A stretch of DNA of 64,000 nucleotides, from NCBI GenBank assembly GCA_019828565.1, contig JAHDYR010000011.1, positions 1 through 64,000 of the forward strand, in the 5' to 3' direction. The number at the start of each line of letters is the position of its first letter. Within the stretch, counting starts at the first letter, position 1. Below the pieces are notes generated by a model that had not been told where the DNA came from, did not search any database, and worked only from the letters and a program-made list of their open reading frames with translations. Positions 51,887 through 62,875 of this stretch are shown one piece after another. The DNA comes from Carpediemonas membranifera BICM (Eukaryota > Protista > Fornicata). The translations under genes and the position numbers were made by a program.

Positions 51887-53644
51887 ATGCCTGTGACGTT
51901 TTCCGATCCCAAATGCATAGAACAGTCCATTGTTGTTGCATATCAGTTCTCGTTGGTTGCATCGGCTCATATTCCCGACGATATCAGCTCTTTGCTTCTC
52001 CAAGCGTACTCCGAGCACTTTGATGAGTACATGCCCACTTTTCCTGATATGGCAGGACCTATAGCTGATTCTCCCGAGGAATCACGTCGGCATCTTCTTT
52101 CCTTGCTCGCTAAAATTCCAGCGCTCCATCGCTCAGGCCAAGAGTGCATCGACTGCGCCCGTTCAATCCTCGCGGAGCTGCCACAGCCCAGGAAGAGCGT
52201 CGAGCCCGTGGAAAATGAGTCTATTCCGCTGGCACTGCACACCCTCCTCCAGGGAACGCTGTGGGCCGTGATGATGGCGGGCGGCGCCAACCCAGACCTC
52301 GCTGTCGACGATGAGAACGACGTTTCCTCTGAATACTCCGAGGATTGGTCCGACATCTCCCACTCTAACGCTGACTACGGCCACGGCCACGATGACCCTG
52401 CCTCCACCGACCAGCGGGACATACCCACACCCGAGCCTGCCGATGTCCAGGTGGATGGGGCCGTCACAGAGCCCAGCACATACGAGGAGGCTGTATTCCG
52501 GCTCCCCCTGCCCGACACCCGTCCCTGGTGGTTCCTCTGCAAACAAGTGTTCCAGTCCCTCGAGGCGGCTGAGGCTGAGGGTGACGTGCTACTTACAGAG
52601 GACGAGCAGCTTTGTGTCTGCCGCACATTTCGCCAGCGGTCTTTTATCCACCTCGCTGACGAGGCCGACCCAGTTTTTTATTTCTTGCGGGTTCCCCCGG
52701 TGGACAGAGTTTTCTCAGTCACCGGCATGACATTTATAATTGTAACTCTCGCGGGTACATACGGGGTTGGGGCTAATGAGGTCGACGAGCTTGGCATGAC
52801 TGGCGATTTCATCCCAAACCCAACCCGCCTCACCTTCCCCGCCTGCCCCATGGTCGCCGAGCACGAGGCCAGCCTGCCCCCCTGGGAGAAACATCGGCTA
52901 GTGGCCACGGTGGCGCTCTCAGAATACTGTACTTTCATCCTCACTCCTGTATGTCTGATCGTCGCCGGGGCCGACATTCAATGGTACACGGGTCCGGTAG
53001 AAGACGACTGCGTCTTCAACCCCGTGCCAATTCCACTTAACTCAAAGATTGAGTCAATCGTATCTCGAGATTTCCTGTTGATGCTTTCAATTTTGCGAAT
53101 GAGTTCGAAAGGACACCCTCACCATCGAATACTGATCAGTGGTGACAACGAACATGGCCAGCTGGCGCTAGGACACCAGAATGAGATGACTGGCCTCGTC
53201 ATGCTGCCGTTCAGGGCCCAAACTGTGATAGCTCAGGCCGAGTTCAATGTATTTGTTACATCCAGACATGTAATGTTCTCCGGACTAGTACCAGAGTTTA
53301 TTGAGCGGTCCGGCTTCCTTCCCGGCCATCCTGCCGGTACTGTTTGCTCAACAGCCACTCCGCTAACCTTCCCCGTCCAAATTCGGGGATTTATGTGTTA
53401 TGGCGAGTATATGTGCCTTATAACTGATGCCGAGACTACCCTATGTATTGAGCGTGGTACACAGCGGTACACACTCCCCTTTGAGGCAATTGCCGCCTCA
53501 TTCACCACTGGTCGGTTCTTCAGGAACATGTCGGGCGGATGGTTCGTTATCGTTGGGGTAGAGGACGGTGAGCCGTTGCTGGAACCGTGCCGCCGGCCTC
53601 CCTTTGCTTGTGCGGTCGTTCCTGTCGTCACGGAGGCCGGGTAA
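51887..53644 (+). CDS. Hypothetical protein with degenerate RCC1-like beta-propeller region (start uncertain)
   Basis: Long ORF with GDNEHGQLALG and GANEVDELGM motifs resembling RCC1 repeats. Confidence 0.6.
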   Translation: MPVTFSDPKCIEQSIVVAYQFSLVASAHIPDDISSLLLQAYSEHFDEYMPTFPDMAGPIADSPEESRRHLLSLLAKIPALHRSGQECIDCARSILAELPQPRKSVEPVENESIPLALHTLLQGTLWAVMMAGGANPDLAVDDENDVSSEYSEDWSDISHSNADYGHGHDDPASTDQRDIPTPEPADVQVDGAVTEPSTYEEAVFRLPLPDTRPWWFLCKQVFQSLEAAEAEGDVLLTEDEQLCVCRTFRQRSFIHLADEADPVFYFLRVPPVDRVFSVTGMTFIIVTLAGTYGVGANEVDELGMTGDFIPNPTRLTFPACPMVAEHEASLPPWEKHRLVATVALSEYCTFILTPVCLIVAGADIQWYTGPVEDDCVFNPVPIPLNSKIESIVSRDFLLMLSILRMSSKGHPHHRILISGDNEHGQLALGHQNEMTGLVMLPFRAQTVIAQAEFNVFVTSRHVMFSGLVPEFIERSGFLPGHPAGTVCSTATPLTFPVQIRGFMCYGEYMCLITDAETTLCIERGTQRYTLPFEAIAASFTTGRFFRNMSGGWFVIVGVEDGEPLLEPCRRPPFACAVVPVVTEAG

Positions 53645-53824
53645 ACTGCTCATGGGCCTTGAACCTTGGATATAGGCTCAGTCAGACTGGGAGTTGAAGG
53701 AATGGCTTAAGCCTCTATTTATGCCGTTGGTTGGTGTCAAAGATGGTCAACGGGGGTCAATTTTTCTCAAAATTGGCATTTTCGACAAGTAGGCTCCACG
53801 ATCTGACAGTGAAGATTCGGCAAG

Positions 53825-54628
53825 ATGCAGCCAAAACCACGAACAACGGCAGAATTAGCATTATTTCTGTCGCAAAATCACACTGCATCCGAGATTGCTG
53901 GAATGCTTTCGATGCGGAAGCGGGATGTCAAACAGCTTCTCCGATGTGCACAACAGGAGGAAAATATCCAGTATCTGAACGTAGTGATCCCTCAACCAGC
54001 TCTTGTGGATAAGAAGAAGCGTCCTCCAGCAAAAGTGGCTCCTATAGTATCTTTTGAGAATGCGCCAGAATACCGCAACAGATACGGCGTGCTGATTGAC
54101 TCTGCGCGGAGTCAGCTGACACACGATGAGTCTCTGCAGATCCTAGACGAGCTCGAGTCCATCCCGCCCTCTGCAGAGAACAGCTTCGTTGCTTACTCGC
54201 ACCGCACCCCGCGCGGTGGCTCTTTCGCTCCGGCCATTAACGAAGGGGCTGGGTCTCAGTCGTTCTCGGAGTATGCAGACGACGAGTACTCGGACAAGGG
54301 GTCGATCTCCGCCTCGTCTGATGAGGAGAGTGCCAGTGAGTTTGACAGGGACAGCCGCAGAAGACAAGACTCGCCCGAGTCGTCCTTTGACATGTCCAAG
54401 GTCACTTTCGAGCACGTTGAGGCTGCCCCGTCGATGCTGTTGACTGTTCCAGAGTCTAACAATGACCGTAGCCGCGCTAGCACTGGGCGATCGGCAGGTA
54501 AGACTGTCACCCTCAACGGGGTCTGGTCGGTCAAGCAGATTCCGACGTGGCGGTGGGATCTTCGGATACGAGCGAAGATCAACAGATTCGTGAAGAAAGT
54601 AGTTGACAAGCTGCTCGGATTGGACTAG
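53825..54628 (+). CDS. Hypothetical protein with a possible N-terminal helix-turn-helix and an acidic Ser-rich region
   Basis: 267-aa ATG ORF filling the intergenic space; TASEIAGMLSMRKRDVKQLL is HTH-like. Confidence 0.6.
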   Translation: MQPKPRTTAELALFLSQNHTASEIAGMLSMRKRDVKQLLRCAQQEENIQYLNVVIPQPALVDKKKRPPAKVAPIVSFENAPEYRNRYGVLIDSARSQLTHDESLQILDELESIPPSAENSFVAYSHRTPRGGSFAPAINEGAGSQSFSEYADDEYSDKGSISASSDEESASEFDRDSRRRQDSPESSFDMSKVTFEHVEAAPSMLLTVPESNNDRSRASTGRSAGKTVTLNGVWSVKQIPTWRWDLRIRAKINRFVKKVVDKLLGLD

Positions 54629-54714
54629 GCCCTGCCCCATTGTTTGCTTAGCTTCTTATTCGTCTGTTGGACGACGATATGTGTCATAAAGACCGAAACA
54701 CTGTTTATTCTTGC

Positions 54715-57700
54715 CTACAACAGAACGATCTTCACAAGCTTGGCAACATCGATGCCAACACCGAACACATTCTCTGATTCAACATCGTCAATGAGGTCGA
54801 TAACGTCATCAGCAATGTCGACACCGTGGATGACAATCTTGACAAGCTTCTCCCACCATGACAGTGAGGCGCCTGAGATCTCGGCAGCGAGCTTGAGAAT
54901 CAACTCAGCAATCTCCTCGACGTCGCAGTCGCTGATGAGCTTCTCCATCTGATCCATCGCCTGTGCGAGGTCGTGGACGCAGTCCTTGTAGCCATGGCTC
55001 CTGAGTGCTCTGTACGCTTCCATAAAGTCGTTCCAGACAACCTCGCCGTCGTGCTTGCACTGGTGGACGTTGGGCAGGATCATGTTGAGGCCCTGGACGG
55101 CGCCGCTGAGGAGGAGGCACCACTTATCGTCCTCGCAGTGGGTGTCGAGGTCGGACTTGACAATAGACATGATCGAGCCGAGGGTCTGGCCGAAGGCGGC
55201 GTAGTCACCAGACTTGAAGCTGGTGGAGGCAAGTTGGAGGTCCTCGAAGATGTTGATGCCAGCGACGAGGATCTTGAGGTCACCAGTGATACCTTCAGTC
55301 TTGCCGAGCTTGAAGAGCTTGGCGAAGTTGTTGAGGTCGTCCTCGAGGTGGGGGATGAGGCAGGTCTTGGTGGCGGAGGCGACGTCCTCGAGGCCGAGGT
55401 TGAATGCCTTGAAGGCGGCGTCCCACTTCTCTTCCTCGATGTACTTGACGCCCTGCTCGAACGCGGTCATGGCCTGCTCGAGGGTCGAGGCGCAGGGAGC
55501 GAAGTCAATGATAGCCTCGCTGACCGCAGAGAGAATTCCCTCAGCGAACTTGCAGCCGCGGGAGGTGCAGCCGATGGAACGGAGAGCAGAGACGACGTTG
55601 CCGATGTTCTTGCCCATGTCAGTGATGTCGCCCTTCTCGTACGACTTGTAGGCGTCGTCGATGTCGTCAAAGAGGTCGAGGCCGCCAACGAGGATCTTGA
55701 CGATGCCCTCAGCCTCGGAGACCTTGGAGCCCTTGATGTGAGAGGCCTCCTGGTCGAAGAGCTCGGCGAGCTGGGTCAGGTGGCAGGCAGAGACGCCCTG
55801 GGAGATCTCATGGAGGCCGTTGCCGAAGTCATCGATGGTGCGGGACCAGTGGCCGGCCTTGGCAGAGGCGATACCGTCCTCAAAGGCGTTGAATGCGGAG
55901 TCGAAGTCAGACTCGCACGTCTCGAGGTCGGGCAGGACGATGTTGAGGGCCTGGAGGAGGCCGACGACGAGCTGGCAGCCCTCGGACTTGCAGGAGGCTC
56001 CGCGGATCTGGGAGAGGAAGTCACCGATAGCCAGACCGGCACCGGCGAAGTCGTGGTTGGCGAGGTCCTCAGAGGCCTTGTAGACATCGTCGTAGATGTC
56101 GACGCCCTTGACAATGAGCTTGGCGTACTTGCCGATGCCAGAGACGTCCGCCTTGGTGAGGTGGGACGCCTCTGTCTGGATCAGCTGGGCGAGCTCGGGC
56201 AGTTCGCAGTCCTGGACGGCAGCACCGAACTTGTCGAGGCCGGTGGCGACGTCCTGGATGCCAGTAGCGATGTGGCCGCCAGTGATGGTGGTGAAGCCGG
56301 TCTTGATGTCGTCGTAGCCGTCCTCGAGGTCCTTAGAGCACTTGGATAGGTCGGGGAAAAAGATGTTGGCGCCCTCGAGGATACCCTCGATGACGATGCA
56401 AGCCTCGGAAGTGCAAGAAGAGGCGCGGAGCTCAGCAACGATTGTACCGCAAAGAGTGCCGAACTTGACGTAGTCGTGTGCATCAAGGGCCTTGACAGCG
56501 TCGTAGATGTAGTTAGCAAGGTCGACATCGTTGACAATAACCTTGACGTCGTCGGAGAGCACGTGAATGTCAGCGCCAAAGATCTGCTGGGCCTCAGTGA
56601 CGATGAGCTTGGACAGATCGATGAAACCGCAGTCGTTGGCAGCGTTGCCGAGGGTACGGAGGCCCGTGCCGAACGCGGAGACGGCCTCCTGGTACTGGGA
56701 GCGGTCCCAGAGGGCGGCGGCGTTGTGGAGCTGGGTGCCGGCCTTCTCGATGTCGCCAACGCACGGGGTGAGGTCCTTAGCGATAAAGTCGAGCACGCGG
56801 AGGACACCGGCGGCGGTCTGGCAGGCGGTAGTGGAGCACTTGATGAGGGGCAGGAGGTATCCGACAAGGGTGGCGACGTCGGAGGCAAAGGCGTCAGTGG
56901 CGCCGGCCTCCCAGTCCTGGTGCATCTTCTCGAGGGTATGGGCGATGTTCTGGCCGTCAATGTAGAGCTCGACGCCCTTGTTGACGTCAACAGAGGCAGT
57001 CTTGAGGAGAGCGGCGAACTGGGTGAAGACCTGGTCGAGATCGCCCAGATCACAGTCAGAGATGCCGGTGGCGATCTCGTCGAAGGCCGTGGCGAGGTAC
57101 TTGGCGGCGTTCTCGTAGTCGTGCTTCTTCCAGGCAGCCGAGAAGGTCTCAAACTGCTTGTAAATGGTCAGGCCGTCGTTGAGGCATGTCTCAACCTCAG
57201 CAGCGGTAGCGGCGGTCTCCTGGACGATCTTGTTGAGGGTCTTCAGGACGTCCTGGACCTGCTTGCAGGTGTTGTTGGTGCAAGTGATGAGCTGGAGGAG
57301 GTAGCCGGTCAGGGTGGAGAAGTCGGCGGCAAAGTCCTTGATGTCGTCGTTAGTCCAATCCTGCTCGAGCTTCTCGACCACGGCGAAAATGTTCTTGCCG
57401 TCCACATAGATGGCAACGCCCTCCTTGAGGTCAACGGAAGCAGTCTTGAGGACAGCAGCGATCTGAGTGAAGATCTGATCAACGTCCTTGAGGTCGCAGT
57501 CGGAGATGGTCGTGGAAAGGGTGGTGAACACGTGAGCGAGGTCGGTGGCGGCGTTCTGGTAGTCCTTGGACTTCCAGGCATCAGCGAAGGTTACGAAATG
57601 ATCGTAGACATTGTCAATGTCCTGAACGCATGTCTTGATCGACTCGGAAGCACCAAAGTCGGTCAGAACCTTCTCGAGAGCCGCCGTGATCTTGTCGGCA

Positions 57701-57801
57701 TCGATAGCACCGATCCTGCCGGTGTCAATGCCAGATTTCTGGGCGAATACGTTAACAACGAGAACTGCTGCCAAAATAAACAAGGCAAACGCGATTCTCA
57801 T
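54715..57801 (-). CDS. Secreted protein made of seven ~140-aa cysteine-patterned helical repeats
   Basis: Signal peptide MRIAFALFILAAVLVVNVFA; repeated C-x2-D...DC...I-x-VxGxDI units; strong C/G-ending codon bias. Confidence 0.85.
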   Translation of the reverse strand: MRIAFALFILAAVLVVNVFAQKSGIDTGRIGAIDADKITAALEKVLTDFGASESIKTCVQDIDNVYDHFVTFADAWKSKDYQNAATDLAHVFTTLSTTISDCDLKDVDQIFTQIAAVLKTASVDLKEGVAIYVDGKNIFAVVEKLEQDWTNDDIKDFAADFSTLTGYLLQLITCTNNTCKQVQDVLKTLNKIVQETAATAAEVETCLNDGLTIYKQFETFSAAWKKHDYENAAKYLATAFDEIATGISDCDLGDLDQVFTQFAALLKTASVDVNKGVELYIDGQNIAHTLEKMHQDWEAGATDAFASDVATLVGYLLPLIKCSTTACQTAAGVLRVLDFIAKDLTPCVGDIEKAGTQLHNAAALWDRSQYQEAVSAFGTGLRTLGNAANDCGFIDLSKLIVTEAQQIFGADIHVLSDDVKVIVNDVDLANYIYDAVKALDAHDYVKFGTLCGTIVAELRASSCTSEACIVIEGILEGANIFFPDLSKCSKDLEDGYDDIKTGFTTITGGHIATGIQDVATGLDKFGAAVQDCELPELAQLIQTEASHLTKADVSGIGKYAKLIVKGVDIYDDVYKASEDLANHDFAGAGLAIGDFLSQIRGASCKSEGCQLVVGLLQALNIVLPDLETCESDFDSAFNAFEDGIASAKAGHWSRTIDDFGNGLHEISQGVSACHLTQLAELFDQEASHIKGSKVSEAEGIVKILVGGLDLFDDIDDAYKSYEKGDITDMGKNIGNVVSALRSIGCTSRGCKFAEGILSAVSEAIIDFAPCASTLEQAMTAFEQGVKYIEEEKWDAAFKAFNLGLEDVASATKTCLIPHLEDDLNNFAKLFKLGKTEGITGDLKILVAGINIFEDLQLASTSFKSGDYAAFGQTLGSIMSIVKSDLDTHCEDDKWCLLLSGAVQGLNMILPNVHQCKHDGEVVWNDFMEAYRALRSHGYKDCVHDLAQAMDQMEKLISDCDVEEIAELILKLAAEISGASLSWWEKLVKIVIHGVDIADDVIDLIDDVESENVFGVGIDVAKLVKIVLL

Positions 57802-57982
57802 TGTAATATCGTCGGAAAGATTGTGGATAGGATAAACTGCGAAAGAAATAATTTGACTCGATCAAACAGACCCGATGCAGAAACGACCCGCCTATACTAG
57901 AGGCGGACCCTGAAAGTCATCCCAAGTTTTGATTTTATTTCGATCTCCTCATCGAATGATCAAATAATTACGACCGAGTTGA

Positions 57983-59485
57983 TCACATGACGCTCATGGA
58001 CGCCGTATACGGGTCTAGCATCAGCCCGCCCCTGGTCCTGACGTTGAAGAACGACTTGAGGTCCTTCTTCGGCGCCTTTCTCAGCCCCGCCCCCAGGTCT
58101 AGGGGCAGGCTGTCCGGGGTCATCATCCGGGGCTGCTTCTGGGCCCCAAACAGCGACCAGACCCTGATAGTCCCGTCACTGCTGCCCGAGGCGACCCTCT
58201 TGCCGTCAGACCCGAGGAACATGACCCGACCCCCGTGGGTGGCGACCACCCCCACCTGCTTGATGGCCGATGGGCCCTGGAATATGTCGAACTCCCATCG
58301 AGTCACGCTGTTCGACGAGAAACCGTGGCCGACACACAGAGCGTTCGTCCGCTCGGACCAGGCGATGGAGCAGAGCTGGGAGCGGGTGGCGACCTCGGCC
58401 AGCATCGCTCCAGTCCGGACGTCCCAGATCCGCAGCTTGCCGTCAGACGACCCGCCGCCTGTGGCAAGGTAGTGGGGCGAAGCATGTGACCATGCAAAGG
58501 CCTTCACCGCAGCCTTGTGGCCGACCAGCTTGACCGGCTCGGCCTGGGGCGTGACGTGGGGCGACCTCCACACAAACACTCGGGCGTCGTTCCCCCCCGT
58601 GGCCAGATAGGACCCGTCCTCCGACCACCGGACGCCACACACCTCGGCGTCGTGTGCGCGGGCCTCGTGAAGGAGGATATCCGAAGTCATCAGGTCGCTG
58701 GCGTTCACTAGACGCTTGGTCATGCGGGCGGCTAGGACAATCATGCGATTAACATTGAACGTAAATACAACTCCTCGACGGGTGCCCACCGAGAGGACCT
58801 TGGAGCACGGTCTGAAGCTGAGCGAGGGGATGCGGCCGCAATTGAGCTGGGTGCGGAAGAGGAGTGTGTGGGTCGACACGCTGAGCAGGCATAGGGTCGA
58901 CAGGGACGTCGCCACGGCAATGTACTGGCCGTCCTTGCTCGCTGCGACTGCCGTGACTGCCTCGAGTCGCCTGTGGTGGGGCGGGGGGACGCTGGGGAGG
59001 AGGCGGATGGCGACCTTGCTCAGCCCGTCCTCAGACAGCACGGTGACGCACTGGTCGTGGCCGATGACGAAGTTGCCCGCCGCCCAGTCGACGACGTTCA
59101 AGTAGTAGTCATCCACAATCGTCAGGTTCCTGAACGTGCTCGTCGCCGTCACGTTGTCTGCGCCCTGGGCGGCCATGCCCACCGTGGTGAGTGGGTGGCG
59201 GGGGTTCTGGGGGACTTGCAGCGTCCTTGCTCGTATGGTTGTGTTAAGAGAAGTAGGGCTGTTGGCGTCTTCGAGGCCGGCGATTGATTGGATGAGCGAG
59301 GCTTCATAGGAAGGAAGCTCGGCGCCGTCAGTTTCTTCATTGCGTGCAAAGGAAGCTATTGGAGTGTAAGATTGGCGAATCGTCTTTGTTAATGGCGCTC
59401 GAGGAGAATTAAAGGATGAGAGGTTTGATATCATGAGTTTGGATGGGCGCTGCGATTGAGAAAACCTTAAGCTAGCATGGAACAT
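57983..59485 (-). CDS. CDC20/Fizzy-family WD40 APC/C co-activator
   Basis: DDYYLNVVDW, HDAEVCGVRWS...LATGGND, HKAAVKAFAW, LATGGGSSDG, SQLCSIAW, HGF. Confidence 0.88.
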   Translation of the reverse strand: MFHASLRFSQSQRPSKLMISNLSSFNSPRAPLTKTIRQSYTPIASFARNEETDGAELPSYEASLIQSIAGLEDANSPTSLNTTIRARTLQVPQNPRHPLTTVGMAAQGADNVTATSTFRNLTIVDDYYLNVVDWAAGNFVIGHDQCVTVLSEDGLSKVAIRLLPSVPPPHHRRLEAVTAVAASKDGQYIAVATSLSTLCLLSVSTHTLLFRTQLNCGRIPSLSFRPCSKVLSVGTRRGVVFTFNVNRMIVLAARMTKRLVNASDLMTSDILLHEARAHDAEVCGVRWSEDGSYLATGGNDARVFVWRSPHVTPQAEPVKLVGHKAAVKAFAWSHASPHYLATGGGSSDGKLRIWDVRTGAMLAEVATRSQLCSIAWSERTNALCVGHGFSSNSVTRWEFDIFQGPSAIKQVGVVATHGGRVMFLGSDGKRVASGSSDGTIRVWSLFGAQKQPRMMTPDSLPLDLGAGLRKAPKKDLKSFFNVRTRGGLMLDPYTASMSVM

Positions 59486-59878
59486 TGCTTACAGCGCATG
59501 GACGAAATTGTTCAAGATCAGCGAAGAAAGAAAGTCTGGCCAAATATCCGAGATATGACGGAATCCAGGGTCGACTCCAGCAAGGCTGGGGGCGCTGAGC
59601 CTGACAATCACATACTGAAGCTTTCGCTACCCTCGGATCCTCCGTTTGTGCGCTTTGACCAATCAGGAAGTGCAGCTTATGTCACGACTTGCTCATCGTC
59701 TGTTCGTGGCTCAACAGCAACATACCCATGGCATATGGCTCTAGAGATGCCATGGGGGTGTGCTATTCCTGGCATGTCATGAGCCCTCGTGCTATTTTTC
59801 AACACGAAATTCGCAGCCAAAAATAAATTATTGCCAGCCTCAACCTCTATATAATGTTTATGACGTGAAATATACAGT

Positions 59879-62875
59879 CTACAGCTTGGGCAGACCCGAC
59901 TTGCCCAGGGACGGCGGCAGCACCGGCTTCTGGATTGGCGGCAGCACGAGCTTCCCGGACCCCTCACCGGTCGTGGAATGAACCGGGGGCGGCCGCACAA
60001 CCACGTCGGAGGGCACTGGGACGTTCAACACAGGCCGCTCGATGAACTCGGACCTGTCCTCAGAAATGTCCAGAGGCACAGTGTGCATGTTAAGGTCAAG
60101 GTCATCGGCGGTGAGGAGGTCGGCGTTACCGTCAGCCTCGGCCCCAGCGTCAGTGTCGGCCTCGGCATCGTTGGGGATCAGAGGCATCTTGACGACCATA
60201 GCACGCTGCTTCTTCTGCTTTGCATCACCCTCCGTCGGCTTCTTCTTCTTCTTGGTCTTGCGATCGATGAATCTCGCGGCACAGCAGGTGGAGAGGCAGT
60301 GGGCCATGCTCATCAGCGCCAGGCCGACCAGCAGCAGGAACAAGACGTTGCTCCAGCCGCGGCTCGTCTCGCACAGGCCATCGCTGACGATTCCGGCGAC
60401 GTCGCCAACAACTGAGCATTCTGAGGCCTGGTCAGCGGCGACAGAGACATTGGACATGCGAATGGTGATGACGCCCAGCGCCGTCTCGAGGTTGTTGGTA
60501 ATGACGTCGGACATGCCCTGGGTGTCAATGACTTCAAGCGAGTTGTTGAGCTCGGCGATGGCGTCAATGAGGTCGGGCCGGAGGTTGTCGTTGACATCGT
60601 TGATCTGATTGTCAAGAGAAGTCAAAGTGGTCAACATATCAACGAGAATAGCGTCGATATCAATCTGAACTTGGTCGATCAGTCCTCTGATATCACTAAG
60701 ATCTTTGAGTCCATCAACTCCGTTTCGCAGGTTAGTCGTATCCGGCGGTGCAGTGCTGCCCTCGATACAAGCAACGTACGCCTCTGAATACGCCAGGTTA
60801 GTCAGTTCATCGTCAGCCCAACTCAGCGCGAAGGAATCGTAGTCTGATTTCTCAGCGGAGCAAGCTGTACAGAAGTCTTCCGCGTTACAGTTGTCAGAGT
60901 AGTAAGCGGCCACCAGAGTCTGGAAGTCAGAGATTGCATCATTAGCTGAGCCAGCTGGGGTGTCCCATCCGAAGTTCGTGGGATCTGCAACATCGGTCCG
61001 TGATCCTGTAACATTTGCTTGGACCGTAGATATGTCTAGACCGCTAGAGCTCATGTCAATGCTCGTTTGGGAGGTCGCGTCCGACTGCATGTTCTGGATA
61101 TCAGTCACGACCTCGTCGATTGACGCGTTCAGCTGCTTGACGATCTCTGCGTTGACCCCGAAAGATTCGAGGAACTGCGTCTCGTTGAAGGTCCGGAAGT
61201 AGTCGGCGAATGTCGCGCTGTCCGCGAGAGAAGGAATCGTGCCGCTGGTCGAAATAAAGTCGGACAGCAAGTCGGTGATCTTCTGCTCAACGTTAACAGT
61301 CGAGAGGTACGCCGGGTTGAAGATGGTCGAGACGGACGCGTCGCTGCAAGTCATCATGTCGGCAATCTTGACCGCGTCGATAGAAATCGTCGTATCTATG
61401 CCGGCGTACTCGTTGATGAGGTCAGACAGGCCCTGCATGCCGATCAGGCCGGAGAAGAGGTCGGCCGTCCACATCTTGCCGTTGTTGCAAGTCAGCGAGG
61501 CCACCTTCAGCGCAGGGACGGAGCCGGCGACAGCGATAATGAGCACGCCCGTTATGAGGAAGACGCAGCACGACTGTATGTTCATGCACCACGTGCACTT
61601 GCAGCCGCCGAGCAGCCCGCCCGAGCAGCAGGCGGAGATGCAGCAGACGGCCGCCAGCAGGAGGATGCCGAGGACGACCGCGGTCACGACGATGCCAGGC
61701 CCAGTCACCGCCTCGGGCGTCCCGAAGATAGTAAGCGTGGCATCGACAACGAACGAAGGGACTCCGAGGCCGACAAGTTGCTGACCCAGTCCGGCTGGCG
61801 TCTCAGTCGCGAGCCACGCCAGCGAACCGAGCGTGTTCGTCGTGCGGTTGAGCGCGGTGCCGAGGCCGAGCGAGATGAGGACGCTGGCCGCCTCGATGTG
61901 TCGGATCTTGCTCTTCTCCTCGACGACGTCGGTGACGTTCTGCCGGACTGTCGTCAGGTCGAGCGAGTTGATGGTGTCATAGACAGTGTTCAGTGGCGCG
62001 TGCAGGTCGGTGCCGATGCCGGGTGAGTAAACTGGCGAGTCGAAGCCGGTCGACGTGATTGCGGCCACGTCCGTCTTGAAAGTATCGATAGTGTTAGACA
62101 GCTCGGTCAGGTTCGTCTCGAGATAGACGATGGTGTCGTTGAGGTCGACTACGGCGGTCGACACGCCAGTCAGGTTCGAGGCAACATAGTCCATGCACTG
62201 GAACTGAGGGGCGAGCACGTTGATGGCGTCGGTCGGTTTGATGTACCGAAGCGCGTCGGACGCCTCAGGCAGCAGCTGGATCGTGCGCACCATGCCGTCG
62301 ATGTTGTCGAGCACCGAGCTCTTGGCCGACACAGCGACACCGTACGGGCGCGTTGAGAGAGCGTACTGCGTGCTCGCCACGAGCCACAGCAGGGTGCCGG
62401 CGATAATTATCATGCAGGCACCGACAGCGCAGCCCGAACAGCACTGGCACTGCCAGATGAGGGCGAGGACCGGGTTGGGGAAGCGGGGACGGGGCAACTT
62501 GGGGAGCGTGAAGCACTCGATGCAGCACGCCGCGCAGCACAAGATGAAGATCAATGCGATGGCAATGAGGAGGCAGACAGCCAGCCAGACGGCGAAGGAG
62601 GGCACGTTGTTCAGGTCCGAGAGCGAGGTCTCGGGTCTGGGGCTGTAGAGGAACGAGGTGGAGTCCGTGACGGTGTAGTCCGGGATCTTAGAGTACACGG
62701 TAGAGTTAGTGAGGTTGAAGGCGTTATCCAAGAACCATCCCTTCAGGTCGTAGCTCAACAAATTGATATTTTGCATCGAAGAAAAGAGCGTGTCGTCCAA
62801 TAATGTGTTCAGTGATGAGAACACACTATCAGCGCTCACGGCAGCAACAAGAACTGCCAGTATTGCAAGCCACAT
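59879..62875 (-). CDS. Prominin-like five-TM glycoprotein
   Basis: Signal peptide, Cys-rich TM1-TM2 and TM3-TM4 hairpins, two large extracellular helical loops with N-glycosylation sites, TM5 and a basic cytoplasmic tail. Confidence 0.7.
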   Translation of the reverse strand: MWLAILAVLVAAVSADSVFSSLNTLLDDTLFSSMQNINLLSYDLKGWFLDNAFNLTNSTVYSKIPDYTVTDSTSFLYSPRPETSLSDLNNVPSFAVWLAVCLLIAIALIFILCCAACCIECFTLPKLPRPRFPNPVLALIWQCQCCSGCAVGACMIIIAGTLLWLVASTQYALSTRPYGVAVSAKSSVLDNIDGMVRTIQLLPEASDALRYIKPTDAINVLAPQFQCMDYVASNLTGVSTAVVDLNDTIVYLETNLTELSNTIDTFKTDVAAITSTGFDSPVYSPGIGTDLHAPLNTVYDTINSLDLTTVRQNVTDVVEEKSKIRHIEAASVLISLGLGTALNRTTNTLGSLAWLATETPAGLGQQLVGLGVPSFVVDATLTIFGTPEAVTGPGIVVTAVVLGILLLAAVCCISACCSGGLLGGCKCTWCMNIQSCCVFLITGVLIIAVAGSVPALKVASLTCNNGKMWTADLFSGLIGMQGLSDLINEYAGIDTTISIDAVKIADMMTCSDASVSTIFNPAYLSTVNVEQKITDLLSDFISTSGTIPSLADSATFADYFRTFNETQFLESFGVNAEIVKQLNASIDEVVTDIQNMQSDATSQTSIDMSSSGLDISTVQANVTGSRTDVADPTNFGWDTPAGSANDAISDFQTLVAAYYSDNCNAEDFCTACSAEKSDYDSFALSWADDELTNLAYSEAYVACIEGSTAPPDTTNLRNGVDGLKDLSDIRGLIDQVQIDIDAILVDMLTTLTSLDNQINDVNDNLRPDLIDAIAELNNSLEVIDTQGMSDVITNNLETALGVITIRMSNVSVAADQASECSVVGDVAGIVSDGLCETSRGWSNVLFLLLVGLALMSMAHCLSTCCAARFIDRKTKKKKKPTEGDAKQKKQRAMVVKMPLIPNDAEADTDAGAEADGNADLLTADDLDLNMHTVPLDISEDRSEFIERPVLNVPVPSDVVVRPPPVHSTTGEGSGKLVLPPIQKPVLPPSLGKSGLPKL

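Noticed and set aside
54973-57900. Long plus-strand ORFs (458 and 474 aa)
   Set aside because: Antisense shadows of the codon-biased 1028-aa minus-strand gene.
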